From Anaerolineales bacterium (GTDB lineage: Bacteria > Chloroflexota > Anaerolineae > Anaerolineales > DRMV01), in assembly GCA_026996855.1 (NCBI GenBank), contig JALWJZ010000103.1:20047-84046 (forward strand): a DNA stretch of 64,000 bases, written 5' to 3'. The notes beneath the pieces are model-generated. The model ran no database searches. It had not been told where the DNA came from and saw nothing but the letters and a program-made list of their open reading frames with translations. Both the position numbers and the translations under genes were made by a program. This document shows positions 21,986 through 32,284 of this stretch, piece by piece. Every line of letters begins with the position of its first letter. Position 1 is the stretch's first letter.

Positions 21986-22411
21986 CTACCCCCGTTCCAG
22001 TTGGATGTGGCGGTACGAAGCCGGGCGGAAACGCTCCAGGAAGAGTTCGAAGGCCTTGACGGCCTTGGCCGGGTCGCCGCAGGTGAAAATGTCCAGATTG
22101 ACCAGGCCGTGCTCCGGCCAGGTGTGCAGAGAAACGTGGCTCTCGGCCAGGAGCACGATGCCGGTGACGCCGTGGGGATGGAATTGGTGATAGTAGGATT
22201 GAATCTTGGACAGTTCGGCTTCTTTCACGATGCCTTCCACGATGGGTTCCACGTCTTCCACGTAGGAAATCAACGCAGGATCCACTCCGTACAGTTCGAC
22301 GATAATGTGCAACCCCACCGGCGCCATCTCGCGAGGGAAGCGGGACGCGCCGTTGCTGGGAGACACGGTGTGAAACGGCACCATGGTGTTGGTGATTTGC
22401 AAGGCCTTCAT
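21986..22411 (-). CDS. speD: S-adenosylmethionine decarboxylase proenzyme
   Basis: G.H...ELYG, GVTGIVLLAESHVSLHTWPE, DIFTCG, ERG; AAGGAGGT RBS. Confidence 0.92.
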   Translation of the reverse strand: MKALQITNTMVPFHTVSPSNGASRFPREMAPVGLHIIVELYGVDPALISYVEDVEPIVEGIVKEAELSKIQSYYHQFHPHGVTGIVLLAESHVSLHTWPEHGLVNLDIFTCGDPAKAVKAFELFLERFRPASYRHIQLERG

Positions 22412-22451
22412 TGGCACCTCCTTTGGAACGAGAAGATTTGGAATGCAAGGC

Positions 22452-22610
22452 TTAAACGGCAAACCCGAGCGGGAAAAGCGCCGTCCTTCCCCGTGGGGGG
22501 AAGATTCGGAGCCGTGCCCGCTCGGGCCTGCCCCAGGGGCTATTGGCGCGCATGGGCCGGAGGCCGCGCGCTCCTTTCACCAGGGCCACCTCAGTCATAA
22601 TGCCGCGCAT
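22452..22610 (-). CDS. Candidate speD leader peptide (52 aa, MRGIMTEVALVKGARGLRPMRANS...)
   Basis: Short ORF with GAGGG RBS, overlapping a structured leader, ending 40 nt before the speD start. Confidence 0.3.
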   Translation of the reverse strand: MRGIMTEVALVKGARGLRPMRANSPWGRPERARLRIFPPRGRTALFPLGFAV

Positions 22611-22901
22611 GGGTCCCTCGCATTTGCAGTTTCAAAAAGCAAAACACGCAGCGTTTACGCATACCAAGATGCTCCTGTTGCGCTGAACCAAGGATTTTCC
22701 TCGGATTCATGACCGATTTCAAAGAAGTGTGGGTTCGACTTTGAACGTCAGGCTCTGGAAAACGGACAAACGCCTGGAAAATGATAAAAGGGACAAGTCA
22801 TACCCATGCCCTCGGGCACTCCTTGCCCCTTATAGGGAGCGTCCTTATTATACGCCGGAACGGGGAAAAATCAAGCAAATTTTTGGCCGCAAAGCCAGAA
22901 G

Positions 22902-23050
22902 TTTTGCATGTTCGAACAAAGACTCACACAGAGCCACGGAGAACACGGAGTATCCGCTGGAGAAGACCGACATTTCCTCTGTGTTCTCTGTGCCTCTGTG
23001 AGAAAAGGCGACGACTTTTGCCGCTTTTGGTGGATTTTGAAAAACGCGTG
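22902..23050 (+). repeat. ~145-bp dispersed non-coding element, copy B
   Basis: TTTTGCATGTTCGAACAAAG...TTGAAAAACGCGTG; flanked by 14-bp direct repeat GGCCGCAAAGCCAG. Confidence 0.88.
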
Positions 23051-23082
23051 GGCCGCAAAGCCAGGCAACCTCTTCCCCCTCT

Positions 23083-24465
23083 TCAGGAAAGGGTCGCATT
23101 TTTGAAGCGGGCCTCCTCCTCGGCCACCCGGGCCAGGAAGGTCTCCAGAACCTGCAAGGCCCGCTGGGCGTAGGCCTGATGGCGGGCGCGTTTATCCCGG
23201 ATGGGCTGCTCCAGGGGCGGAAGCAGGCCGAAGTTGGCCTTCATGGGCTGGAAGTCGGCCTCGGAGGCATGGGTGATGTAATAGGTCAGCGCGCCCAGCA
23301 TGGTCTCCCGGGGCAGCACCAGGGGCGGCAGGCCGTGGGCGATGCGGGCCGCGTTCCAGCCCGCGAGCAGGCCGGTGGCGATGTTGCCCACGTAGCCTTC
23401 CACGCCCACGATTTGCCCGGCAAAGAGCAGGTCGGGCCGCTTTTTGCTTTGCAGGGAAGGCTCCAGCACCGCTGGCGCGAAGATGTAGGTGTTGCGGTGC
23501 ATCTGGCCGTAACGGGCGAATTCCGCGTTTTCCAGACCGGGAATCATGCGGAAGACCCGCTTTTGCTCGGAGAACTTCAGGTTGGTCTGGAAGCCCACCA
23601 TGTTGTACAGGGTGGCGGCCAGGTTGTCCTGGCGGAGTTGCACCACCGCGAAGGGCTGTTTGCCCGTGCGGGGGTCGATGAGCCCGGTGGGGCGCAGGGG
23701 GCCGAAGCGCAGCGCATCCCGCCCGCGCGCGGCCATGACCTCGATGGGCAGGCACCCCTCGAAGAAGGGGTGTTTCCCGGCCCGGACGCCCTGCTCCAGT
23801 TCCTTCTCGAAATCGTGGAGTTCGATGCGCTCCGCGTGCACCAGGGCATCCACGAAGGCGTAGTACTGCTCCTCGTTCATGGGGCAGTTGATGTAATCGC
23901 CCTCTTCCTGGGTGCCGCGGCCGTAGCGGGAGCCGCGGAAGCACACGTCCATGTTGATGGAATCGTACACCACGATGGGCGCGATGGCGTCGTAGAAGTA
24001 GAGGTGGTCCCGGCCGGTGAAGCGGGCCAGGGCCTGGGAGAGCCGCGGGGAGGTGAGGGGGCCGCTGGCGATGATGGTCAGACCCTGGGGGATGTCGGTG
24101 ACCTCTTCGCGGATGATTTCGATGTTGGGGTGGCTTTCCAGGGCTTCGGTGACCTTGCGCGCGAAGCATTCCCGGTCCACGGCCAGGGCGCTGCCCGCGG
24201 GCACTGCGCACTCCTGGGCCAGGGCCAGGAGCAGGGAGCCCATGCGGCGGATTTCTTCCTTGAGCAGCCCGCCGGCCCGGTCCACCAGGGTGGTGCCCAG
24301 GGAATTGGAGCACACCAGTTCGGCCAGGTAGCCGGTGCGGTGCGCGCCCGTGGTCTTCTTGGGGCGCATCTCGTACAGGCGGACCTGGAGGCCCCGCTGG
24401 GCGGCCTGCCAGGCAGCCTCGCTCCCGGCCAGTCCCCCGCCCACGATGGTGACGACTCGTTCCAT
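23083..24465 (-). CDS. trmFO: Methylenetetrahydrofolate--tRNA-(uracil-5-)-methyltransferase
   Basis: [43 protein letters not shown]. Confidence 0.95.
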   Translation of the reverse strand: MERVVTIVGGGLAGSEAAWQAAQRGLQVRLYEMRPKKTTGAHRTGYLAELVCSNSLGTTLVDRAGGLLKEEIRRMGSLLLALAQECAVPAGSALAVDRECFARKVTEALESHPNIEIIREEVTDIPQGLTIIASGPLTSPRLSQALARFTGRDHLYFYDAIAPIVVYDSINMDVCFRGSRYGRGTQEEGDYINCPMNEEQYYAFVDALVHAERIELHDFEKELEQGVRAGKHPFFEGCLPIEVMAARGRDALRFGPLRPTGLIDPRTGKQPFAVVQLRQDNLAATLYNMVGFQTNLKFSEQKRVFRMIPGLENAEFARYGQMHRNTYIFAPAVLEPSLQSKKRPDLLFAGQIVGVEGYVGNIATGLLAGWNAARIAHGLPPLVLPRETMLGALTYYITHASEADFQPMKANFGLLPPLEQPIRDKRARHQAYAQRALQVLETFLARVAEEEARFKNATLS

Positions 24466-24481
24466 GGGGGTTCCTTCTCCT

Positions 24482-24754
24482 TCAAAAAGGGTTCCAATTC
24501 TCCACCGCCGCGAATTCGTCTTCCATCTCTTGGGGGGAGTAATCCAGATAGGCAATGCGTCGTTTCCGAAGCAACTTCAGGAATTCCGCGCGCGAAATAC
24601 CAAGCAGCCTGGCCGCCTTGCCCGATGAAATCACGTTGTCCGTAAACAGGGACAACACAAGCCATTCTTTTACGCTGTTCTGGATGCGCGTTTGATCGTA
24701 TCCGAAGCGCAACAAATCAGAGGGCACTTTCACTTCCAAGGTTACTTCTGTCAT
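24482..24754 (-). CDS. UPF0175 family protein (putative antitoxin, orphan)
   Basis: [23 protein letters not shown] pattern; no PIN-domain partner follows. Confidence 0.8.
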   Translation of the reverse strand: MTEVTLEVKVPSDLLRFGYDQTRIQNSVKEWLVLSLFTDNVISSGKAARLLGISRAEFLKLLRKRRIAYLDYSPQEMEDEFAAVENWNPF

Positions 24755-24830
24755 GGGAGTCGTCCTTTTTTTCAAGGGGTGAAAAAACTATACATCACAG
24801 CAAGGCGCTTTGTCTACTGGTGTCCAAAAT

Positions 24831-24962
24831 CCAAAGCGGCACCAAGGTGCCGCACTCCAAAATCTAAAGCGGCGTCGAGCCGCCGCACCCCAAAACCCAG
24901 AGCGGCGCCCAGGCGCCGCACTCCAAAAGCCAAAGCGGCGTCGAGGTGCCGCACTCCGAAAA
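24831..24962. repeat. Four tandem 33-bp REP-like palindromic units
   Basis: CCAAAGCGGC-N-GCCGCACTCCAAAA units at 24831, 24864, 24897, 24930; same family as 8024-8201. Confidence 0.85.
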
Positions 24963-25125
24963 ACGCAGAGGCCTGCACGTTGGCGAGCGGCGGTATCAAT
25001 GTACCATAAGCGGCGTGGAAGGGAACGCGGTTTTGGGAGCCCAAGGGGCGTGGTCACCTGAAAAGTCCGGGGCACCACCGCGGCCCCGGACTTTCCCCCA
25101 TGAAAACGCGGGAAGCACGAACGGC

Positions 25126-27264
25126 TCAGCCCTCCTGAACCGGGCGGAGCAGGATGCGGGCATCCAGGACGTGCGCGCCCTGGCCCACTTCCATCACCAA
25201 CAGGGGGTTGATGTCCAACTCTTGGATGGCCTCGATTTCGGTGGCCAGTTGGGAAAGGCGCATGATGCACTGGGCCAGGGCATGGATGTCGCGCGGGGGC
25301 TGGCCCCGGTAGCCGTCCAGCAGCGCCCGGGCCCGGATTTCCCGCAACATGCGGTACGCGCCCAGTTCCCGCACCGGCGCGATGCGGAAGGTGACGTCTT
25401 TCAGCACTTCCACGTACACGCCGCCCAGGCCGAACATGAGCAGGGGGCCGAAGTGGGGGTCCCGGTGCATGCCCAGGATGGTCTCCAGGCCTTTGGAGGT
25501 GGGGAGGAATTTTTGCACGTACACGCCCCAGATGTCGGCATCGGGCATGGCGGCCAGGGCCCGGGCCAGCACCTGGTTGTAGGCTTCCCGTACCTGGTCG
25601 GGGTCTTGCAGGTTGAGGACCACGCCGCCCACGTCGAATTTGTGGATGATGTGGGGCGAGACGATTTTGACCACCACGGGGTAGCCGATGTCTTCGGCCG
25701 CCCGGACGGCTTCGTCTTCGGTCCGGGCCAGGCGTCCGGGTACGGTGGGGAAACCGTAGGCCCGCAGCACCGCATGGGCCTCGGGTTCGGGCAGGAAGGT
25801 GCGCCCTTCGGCCCGGGCCTTTTCCACGATGGCCCGGGCGGTTTCCCGGTCCACGTCGTCGAAAATGCGCACGGGGGTACGGGGACGGTTCACCCACGCG
25901 GTGTAGCGCACCATTTCGGCCAGGGCGCGCGCCGCGGCCTCGGGGAAGCGGTAGTTGGGGATGCGAGCCTCGTCCAGGATGGCCAGTACCCGCTCCAGCC
26001 CCTCCAGGGCCATGAAGCAGGCCACCACGGGTTTGGAGGCGGGATGCCGGGTCACCACCTGCACCACGGTACGGGCCACGGCTTCCAGGTCCACCATGAT
26101 TTGCGGGGTGCAGATGACCATCACCGCGTCCACGTTGGGGTCGTCCAGCACGGCCTGGAGGGCCAGGGCGTAGCGGTCTTCCTTGGCGTCGCCGATGAGG
26201 TCGATGGGGTTCTGGACGCTGGCCGTGGGGGGCAGGTGGGACCGCAGGTGTTCCCGGGTTTCGCGAGTGAGGGGGGCCATGCGCAGGCCGTAGCGCACGC
26301 AGGCATCCGTGGCCATGATGCCCGGGCCGCCGGCGTTGGTGACGATGGCCACTTTTTCGCCCTTGGGCAGGGGTTGCAGGGCCAGGGCCCGGGCATAGTC
26401 GAAGAGTTCTTCCAGGGTGTCGGCCCGCAGCACGCCGCTCTGGCGGAAGAGGGAATCGTACACCTCGTCGGAACCGGCCAACGCGCCGGTGTGAGAGGCC
26501 GCGGCCCGGGCGCCTTCCCGGGTGCGGCCGGATTTGATGGCCAGGACGGGTTTCTTCTCCGTTACCCGGCGGGCCAGTTCGATGAAGCCTTTGGGGTCCT
26601 CCAGGTCTTCCAGGTACAGCAGGATGACGTCGGTTTGGGGGTCTGCGGCCAGAGCCTCCAGCAGGTGGTTTTCGTGAAGCAAGGCTTTGTTGCCCACGGA
26701 AAGGAATTTGGACAGGCCGATGTTTTCGCCCACCACGTACTCCAGCGCGGCCACGCCCACCGCGCCGCTCTGGGAAATGAAGGCGATGTTGCCGGGCAGG
26801 GGCATGGAGCGGGCAAAGGTGGCGTTGAGCCGCACCCCGGGGTCGGTGTTCATCAGGCCCAAACAGTTGGGTCCCATGAGCGCGATGCCGTACTGGCGGC
26901 CGATGTCGCGGATTTGCGCTTCCAGTCTGGCCCCTTCGGGGCCGATTTCCTTGAAGCCCGCGGTAATGATGACCGCGGCGGGAATGCCCTTGACGCCGCA
27001 CTCCTCCAGCACTTTGGGCACCACCCGCGCGGGCACCACGATGACGGCCAGGTCGATGGGGTCGGGGATGTCCAGCACCGAGGCGTAAGCCCGCACGCCC
27101 ATGATGCTGTAGGCTTTGGGGTTGACGGGATACACCACGCCCTGGAATTCGCCCAGGAGGATGTTGGCGAACACGGCGCGACCCACCGTATCCGGCCGGG
27201 TGGAAGCGCCGATGACGGCCACGGAAGTGGGGGAGAGCAGGGCTTGAATCTGTTGGTTTTGCAT
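25126..27264 (-). CDS. Acetate/acyl--CoA ligase (ADP-forming), fused alpha-beta
   Basis: SVAVIGAS, GPNCLG, SQSGA, SHTGALAG, NPIDL, ELDINP ATP-grasp motifs. Confidence 0.92.
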   Translation of the reverse strand: MQNQQIQALLSPTSVAVIGASTRPDTVGRAVFANILLGEFQGVVYPVNPKAYSIMGVRAYASVLDIPDPIDLAVIVVPARVVPKVLEECGVKGIPAAVIITAGFKEIGPEGARLEAQIRDIGRQYGIALMGPNCLGLMNTDPGVRLNATFARSMPLPGNIAFISQSGAVGVAALEYVVGENIGLSKFLSVGNKALLHENHLLEALAADPQTDVILLYLEDLEDPKGFIELARRVTEKKPVLAIKSGRTREGARAAASHTGALAGSDEVYDSLFRQSGVLRADTLEELFDYARALALQPLPKGEKVAIVTNAGGPGIMATDACVRYGLRMAPLTRETREHLRSHLPPTASVQNPIDLIGDAKEDRYALALQAVLDDPNVDAVMVICTPQIMVDLEAVARTVVQVVTRHPASKPVVACFMALEGLERVLAILDEARIPNYRFPEAAARALAEMVRYTAWVNRPRTPVRIFDDVDRETARAIVEKARAEGRTFLPEPEAHAVLRAYGFPTVPGRLARTEDEAVRAAEDIGYPVVVKIVSPHIIHKFDVGGVVLNLQDPDQVREAYNQVLARALAAMPDADIWGVYVQKFLPTSKGLETILGMHRDPHFGPLLMFGLGGVYVEVLKDVTFRIAPVRELGAYRMLREIRARALLDGYRGQPPRDIHALAQCIMRLSQLATEIEAIQELDINPLLVMEVGQGAHVLDARILLRPVQEG

Positions 27265-27535
27265 ACGGCCGCTCCGTCAGGAAACTTCTCACGCGCTTGA
27301 AGGATGCAAGGGGATTTCTTCCACCTTGGATTGTACCTGAGGGGCGATGGCCTTCGTGGGTGAGAAACAGCACGTTGCCGCTGGCACCTTGCGCGCGAAA
27401 CGAACCTGGTCCAAAAGGGCAGGAGTTATTCCCTGGCTTTTTGGTATCCTGGGAGAGGACGGGACCGACGTGGTGCGAAAGAATCGTGTACGTTGCTCCC
27501 TACAACTCCAACACCCGCAGGGAAGGATGGAGAAC

Positions 27536-28651
27536 ATGAACGTTTCCGGCGAAAGCAAGCCTCTGGTGTACGACCTGACTTACGAAGACTGGGAGGCCTG
27601 GGTGCAGAACCAGGGCCAGCCCCGGTATCGGGCCCGGCAGATTTGGGAGGGCCTGTACAAGCACCTGTGGCACCGCCCCGAGGATTTTTCCACCCTGCCC
27701 AAGGCGTTGCGGGAAGCCCTGGCCCGGGATTTCACCTTTTCCCATCTGACGCCGGTGAAAGAGCGGCAATCCCGGGACGGCGAGACCCACAAGACCCTCT
27801 TTCACCTGCCTGACGGCGCGGCGGTGGAAACGGTGCGGATGCGTTACGTGCGACGGCGTACCTTGTGCATCTCCACTCAGGCGGGTTGCGCCATGGGGTG
27901 CGTGTTCTGCGCTACGGGGCAGTTGGGGCTGCTGCGCCACCTCACACCGGGGGAAATCGTGGAGCAGGTGCTGTACTACGCGCGCAAACTGCGGGCCCAG
28001 GGCGACCGGGTGACCAACATCGTGGTCATGGGCATGGGGGAGCCGCTGCACAATTACGCGGCTACCCTCCAGGCCATGGATACGCTGAACGACCCGCGCG
28101 GGTTCGGTCTGGGCGCGCGGCGCATCACCATTTCCACCGTGGGCCTGGCCCCCAAAATCCGCCAACTGGCCCGGGAGGGGAAGCAGTACAACCTGGCGGT
28201 GTCCTTGCATGCCGCGGACGACGACCTGCGGTCCGCGCTCATCCCCGTGGCTCGCAGGTACCCCCTGGCCGACCTGTTCGATGCCTGCCGGGCATACTTC
28301 CAGGCCACCAGGCGACGCATCACCTTCGAATGGACCATGATTCGGGACGTGAACGACAGCCCTCAGCAGGCAGAGCGCCTGGCCCGGTGGATTCGGGAAT
28401 ACGGGCTGGTGGCCCATGTGAACGTGATTCCCCTGAACCCCACGCCGGGGTACGAGGGCCGGCCCAGCCCCCGTCAGCGCATCGAGGCCTTTGCCGCGGT
28501 GCTGGAGGCCCACGGCATCCCCTGCACCGTGCGGGTGCGCCGGGGCATCGACATCCAGGCCGGTTGCGGTCAACTGGCCGGGGAGCGGCTTGAGAGGGGC
28601 AAAATGGCCCTCCATGTCGCTACCGGGAAAAGAGTGGGAGGAAGGGCATAG
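27536..28651 (+). CDS. rlmN: Dual-specificity RNA methyltransferase RlmN
   Basis: CISTQAGCAMGCVFC, MGMGEPL, AGCGQL. Confidence 0.95.
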   Translation: MNVSGESKPLVYDLTYEDWEAWVQNQGQPRYRARQIWEGLYKHLWHRPEDFSTLPKALREALARDFTFSHLTPVKERQSRDGETHKTLFHLPDGAAVETVRMRYVRRRTLCISTQAGCAMGCVFCATGQLGLLRHLTPGEIVEQVLYYARKLRAQGDRVTNIVVMGMGEPLHNYAATLQAMDTLNDPRGFGLGARRITISTVGLAPKIRQLAREGKQYNLAVSLHAADDDLRSALIPVARRYPLADLFDACRAYFQATRRRITFEWTMIRDVNDSPQQAERLARWIREYGLVAHVNVIPLNPTPGYEGRPSPRQRIEAFAAVLEAHGIPCTVRVRRGIDIQAGCGQLAGERLERGKMALHVATGKRVGGRA

Positions 28652-28652
28652 G

Positions 28653-29654
28653 GTGACGGAAAAACGCTTCTTTCACGCTCCCCTGTCTGTGGCCCTCCTC
28701 TTTCTCGCGGCTCCTTTCCTGGCCGAAGTGCTCCCCGGTGTGAATCCTCCGGCCGAATTGATGCGCCAACCCGGGGCCGTGCTTCCCCTGGTGGTTTTGT
28801 ACGGCAGCGGAGCCGTGCTGGCCCGGGAACTCACCGTGCGCTGGAAAGGTGGGTATCCCACCCTCCTGCTGCTGAGCGCGGCCTACGGGGTGCTCGAGGA
28901 AGGCTTGCTGGTGCGCAGTTTCTTCGACCCCGCTTGGCTGAAATGGCCTGCACTGGCAGGCTATGGGCGCTGGCTGGGGGTGAACCTGGTGTGGGCGCTC
29001 CACCTGACCCTGTACCACGCCGTATTCAGCATCGCCATCCCGGTAACGCTGGTGCAGCGAGGCCGGGCCTGGCCCCTGGAGCGGCCCTGGCTGGGCCCTT
29101 GGGGGTGGTGGCTGGTGGGTGGGTTGTACCTGCTGCGATTAGGCCTGGGATGGAGGAGCGATTCCCTTTATCGGGCTTCGGCGTTCCACGTGGCGGGGGT
29201 CCTGGTGGTCACGGCTCTTTTGGCCTTCTGGGCCCGCCGCGTCGCTTCGTTTCCTCGGAAGCCCAGGGGGCAGCAGGTACCGCGGAAGGCGCCCGCCCCC
29301 TGGAGGCTGAGCCTGTGGGCGCTGGGCACTTCGACCTTGTTCTTCGTCGTTTCCTGGGGGCTGCCCTTGTGGGGCGTGCCGGCGTGGGTGGTGGTGCCGG
29401 TGCTGTTGGGCCTGGCCATGGGGGCCTTTGCCTTTCTGGCCGCCTGGGGACGCCGCGGCGGTTGGGGACCGCGCCATCGCTTTGCCCTGGCCTCGGGCGG
29501 GGTCCTCTTCTTCGTCCTCCTGGCCTGGTTGCAGGAATGGCGACCCGACCCCGCGGCCTCCCGCCAGGGCATGGCGTTGCTGGGCCTTCTGACCGCGCTG
29601 ATTCTGTTTTGGGCTTATCGCGGCCTTCCCGCCCGGGAGCCGGGAGCGCTTTAG
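28653..29654 (+). CDS. Multi-pass membrane protein, unknown function
   Basis: Many hydrophobic segments; YGVLEEGL..SFF motif; GTG start right after rlmN. Confidence 0.75.
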   Translation: MTEKRFFHAPLSVALLFLAAPFLAEVLPGVNPPAELMRQPGAVLPLVVLYGSGAVLARELTVRWKGGYPTLLLLSAAYGVLEEGLLVRSFFDPAWLKWPALAGYGRWLGVNLVWALHLTLYHAVFSIAIPVTLVQRGRAWPLERPWLGPWGWWLVGGLYLLRLGLGWRSDSLYRASAFHVAGVLVVTALLAFWARRVASFPRKPRGQQVPRKAPAPWRLSLWALGTSTLFFVVSWGLPLWGVPAWVVVPVLLGLAMGAFAFLAAWGRRGGWGPRHRFALASGGVLFFVLLAWLQEWRPDPAASRQGMALLGLLTALILFWAYRGLPAREPGAL

Positions 29655-29688
29655 GCGTTTTGCTTCTTCGTTTGGAGGTGATGGCGCG

Positions 29689-30387
29689 ATGTGCACCCGC
29701 ATTTCCCTGACGCTGGACCGGGAAAGCCTGGCCCGGGCCTTCCCCGAATTCGTGCCGCCCACCGAGTGGCGGCCCCGGTACAACCTCAGTCCCGGGCAGC
29801 CGGTGCTGGCGGTGCTGAACGACGGCGCGTACGCCATGCGCCCGGTGTTTTGGGGATGGCGCAAGCCCTGGGCGCCGGAGAAGCGGAGCCTGCTGGTGAA
29901 CGCCCGTGCGGAGACCGCGCATCAAAAGCCCACCTTTCGCGAGGCCTTCCTCCGTCGGCGATGCCTGGTACTGGCCGACGGCTTTTACGAATGGAAGGAC
30001 ACGCCCCAGGGTAAGCGCCCCTGGCGTTTCACCCTGAAGGACGGCCGGCCCTTTGCCCTGGCCGGGTTGTGGGTGGAAGACCAACCCCTGCCCGACGGCA
30101 CCACCGGCCCAGCCTGCCTGGTGTTGACGGTGGACGCCAACGCGCTGGTGGGGCGGATTCACCCGCGCATGCCCCTGGTGCTGCCCCGGAATATGTACGA
30201 GGTCTGGCTGGCCCCTCACGAGGTGGTGCCGTGGGACCTGAAACCCCTATTGCGACCCTATCCCGACGAGGGGATGCGTGCGCACCCTGTGAACCCGCGT
30301 TGCAACAACCCCCGCTTCGACGACCCCATCTGCGTCCAGCCTTACGAAGAGGGGGAAGCCCAGCAACCCGGTTTGTTTCACTCGTAG
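29689..30387 (+). CDS. SOS response-associated peptidase (SRAP/YedK, abasic-site crosslinking)
   Basis: N-terminal MC, RYNLSP, NARAET, RRCLVLADGFYEW, IHPRMP. Confidence 0.92.
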   Translation: MCTRISLTLDRESLARAFPEFVPPTEWRPRYNLSPGQPVLAVLNDGAYAMRPVFWGWRKPWAPEKRSLLVNARAETAHQKPTFREAFLRRRCLVLADGFYEWKDTPQGKRPWRFTLKDGRPFALAGLWVEDQPLPDGTTGPACLVLTVDANALVGRIHPRMPLVLPRNMYEVWLAPHEVVPWDLKPLLRPYPDEGMRAHPVNPRCNNPRFDDPICVQPYEEGEAQQPGLFHS

Positions 30388-31349
30388 TACAGGCGGAAGA
30401 TGCGGTCGTACAGGGCCAGGAGCACCTTGCGTACCGGCCCCAGGTGGGCCAGGCGCCGCAGCAGCCCCGCTTGCCCCCGGGTTGCGGGCGCGGTCGTGGT
30501 GCCTCCCTTCCCCCGGAGAAAGTCGGGCAGGCGGTTGCCCATGTGGTCCACATACGGCCTGGGGGTCATGAGGCGCAGGTAGCCCTTTTCGTTCAGGGCC
30601 AGATCCAGCCGGGTGACGTCCGCGCCCATGGGGCGGTCGTAGGGGAGGGGGAGCACATCCAGCAGCGCGGCCTTGGGGGCCACGAACTGCCAGTGGCCCG
30701 CGCCGGCGATGGCTTCCACCCCGCGGTAGCGGATTTTCAACAGCCGCAGGTTTTCGTACGCCTGCCGGATGCGGTCTTCCGGGTGGCCCAGGCTGCGCTC
30801 GAAGGCGCGGAAGTCCTCCCACGCCAGGAAGCGGCCCCATTCGGTTTCGGCCTCCGGCTCCCGTTCGGCCCAGGCCCGGGTGGCGGTCCAGCGCTCGGCC
30901 GCGTTGGGGAAGGGCCGCGCGGTGACCATGCCTACCCGGGGGAAGGCCTCCAGGATACGCAGGGAGGCCTCCAGCCAGCCGGGCCGGAAGTACACGTCGC
31001 TGTCCGCGTAGGCGACGATTTCCCCCGGCGCGGCAAGGAAGGCCATGTTCCAGGCACCCGTCTTTCCCAAATTGGCATGGGATAGCATGAGGTAATGAAT
31101 TTTTCCTTCAAGATGGTATTGCTGAAGCACGGCTCGAGTGGTAGGTTCGCTCCCGTTGTCAAACACCAGCACTTCAAAAGAATTGGAACGAACACTCTCC
31201 CACAAGCTGGTCAGGCTGGCTTGAAAGACTTGCAAACTTTCCCGATAGTAACCTGCCAAATGCGGGATGTAGGTGACAAAAACTACGGTTACCCGGGCGG
31301 GAGCATGTGCTTGATGGGCTTGTTTGGCGGGGTTCTGTCCTACACGCAT
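30378..31349 (-). CDS. Glycosyltransferase family 2
   Basis: EVLVFDNGS, NLGKTGAWN, YADSD (DxD). Confidence 0.85.
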   Translation of the reverse strand: MRVGQNPAKQAHQAHAPARVTVVFVTYIPHLAGYYRESLQVFQASLTSLWESVRSNSFEVLVFDNGSEPTTRAVLQQYHLEGKIHYLMLSHANLGKTGAWNMAFLAAPGEIVAYADSDVYFRPGWLEASLRILEAFPRVGMVTARPFPNAAERWTATRAWAEREPEAETEWGRFLAWEDFRAFERSLGHPEDRIRQAYENLRLLKIRYRGVEAIAGAGHWQFVAPKAALLDVLPLPYDRPMGADVTRLDLALNEKGYLRLMTPRPYVDHMGNRLPDFLRGKGGTTTAPATRGQAGLLRRLAHLGPVRKVLLALYDRIFRLYYE

Positions 31350-32284
31350 GGCCGCTCCATCCTGTAGTAGCCGCGCCACCAACCATCCCGGCTCAGCAGC
31401 GCGGCCTGCCATTTGCGGCGCACGATGCGAATCAAAACCCGTTTCCACCCTCGCTCGGGGAAGCCGTCTTTGAGGAGCCACAGTTCCAGTCGGCGCAGGG
31501 GCTTCATGGGGTGCCAGGGCGCGGGGCGAAGGCCCTGGGGGTACAGGATGTGGGTGGCTTCCCATAGGGTATACATGCGGGCGTCGCCTCCGGCCAGGCG
31601 CACGTTCACCCGGCTTTCGGGCTGTTTGTAATGGGGCCTGCCGCCGGGCAGGTGGCGGTAATGGTGGTTTTGGTGCACCACGAAAACCGTCGGGGTACCG
31701 TCCACCATGCGCCAGCCCTGGGCTCGAGCGTTGTAGACCATCCAGTTGTCCCACCCGGCCCGGCCGATGGCGAAATCGGGCATGTGCAGGGGCAGGCTTT
31801 TGGGGAAGAGGAAATAGTCCATGCCCGTGGGGTTCAGCCGGCCTTCCCGCAGGGCCCGCCGGGCCAGGTTTTGGGGCCAGGTGGTTTCGGAGAAATCCAG
31901 GTCTTCGGTCACGTCCAGGTCCCAGCGCCGCCCGGTGACCAGGCTGAAGCCTCCCGCGCGTTCCAGCACCTCCACCGCGTGAAACAGGCAGGGGGTGAAG
32001 AGGATGTCCGCGTTGGCCAGCATGAGCCAGGGCGCGGTGGCCCGCTCGCGGGCCTGGTGGAGGATGTCGGAGAGCAGCGGGGTGCCCTGGGCGTTGCGCC
32101 GCACCCGGGGCAGGTACACCAGGCCCAACTCCCGGGCGATGGCTTCCGCCCCATCTTCGTCGCCGAAGACCAGCACCTCCAGGCCCAGGGCCTTCCAGTT
32201 GCGCAGCGCGTTGGCCTGAATGCGCCGGATGTGGGGGTCGGTGAAGGGCTTGGGCGAGGTGGCCACGGTGATGCGGGGAGTCAT
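31340..32284 (-). CDS. Glycosyltransferase-like protein (GT-A fold)
   Basis: LANADIL, GRRWD, MDYFLF, GRAGWDNW, HQNH. Confidence 0.65.
   Translation of the reverse strand: MTPRITVATSPKPFTDPHIRRIQANALRNWKALGLEVLVFGDEDGAEAIARELGLVYLPRVRRNAQGTPLLSDILHQARERATAPWLMLANADILFTPCLFHAVEVLERAGGFSLVTGRRWDLDVTEDLDFSETTWPQNLARRALREGRLNPTGMDYFLFPKSLPLHMPDFAIGRAGWDNWMVYNARAQGWRMVDGTPTVFVVHQNHHYRHLPGGRPHYKQPESRVNVRLAGGDARMYTLWEATHILYPQGLRPAPWHPMKPLRRLELWLLKDGFPERGWKRVLIRIVRRKWQAALLSRDGWWRGYYRMERPCV

Noticed and set aside
22781-23173. Short ORFs sharing HRATENTEY-like peptides at 14.6, 22.9 and 63.0 kb
   Set aside because: Translations of the dispersed non-coding element, with inconsistent frames and starts between copies.
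24831-24962. Possible CRISPR array
   Set aside because: 33-bp units are contiguous with no unique spacers, are degenerate, recur at 8024-8201, and no cas genes are present; REP-like.
29689-29700. SRAP starts MCTR rather than MCGR
   Set aside because: Catalytic Cys2 and the other motifs are intact; minor variation.
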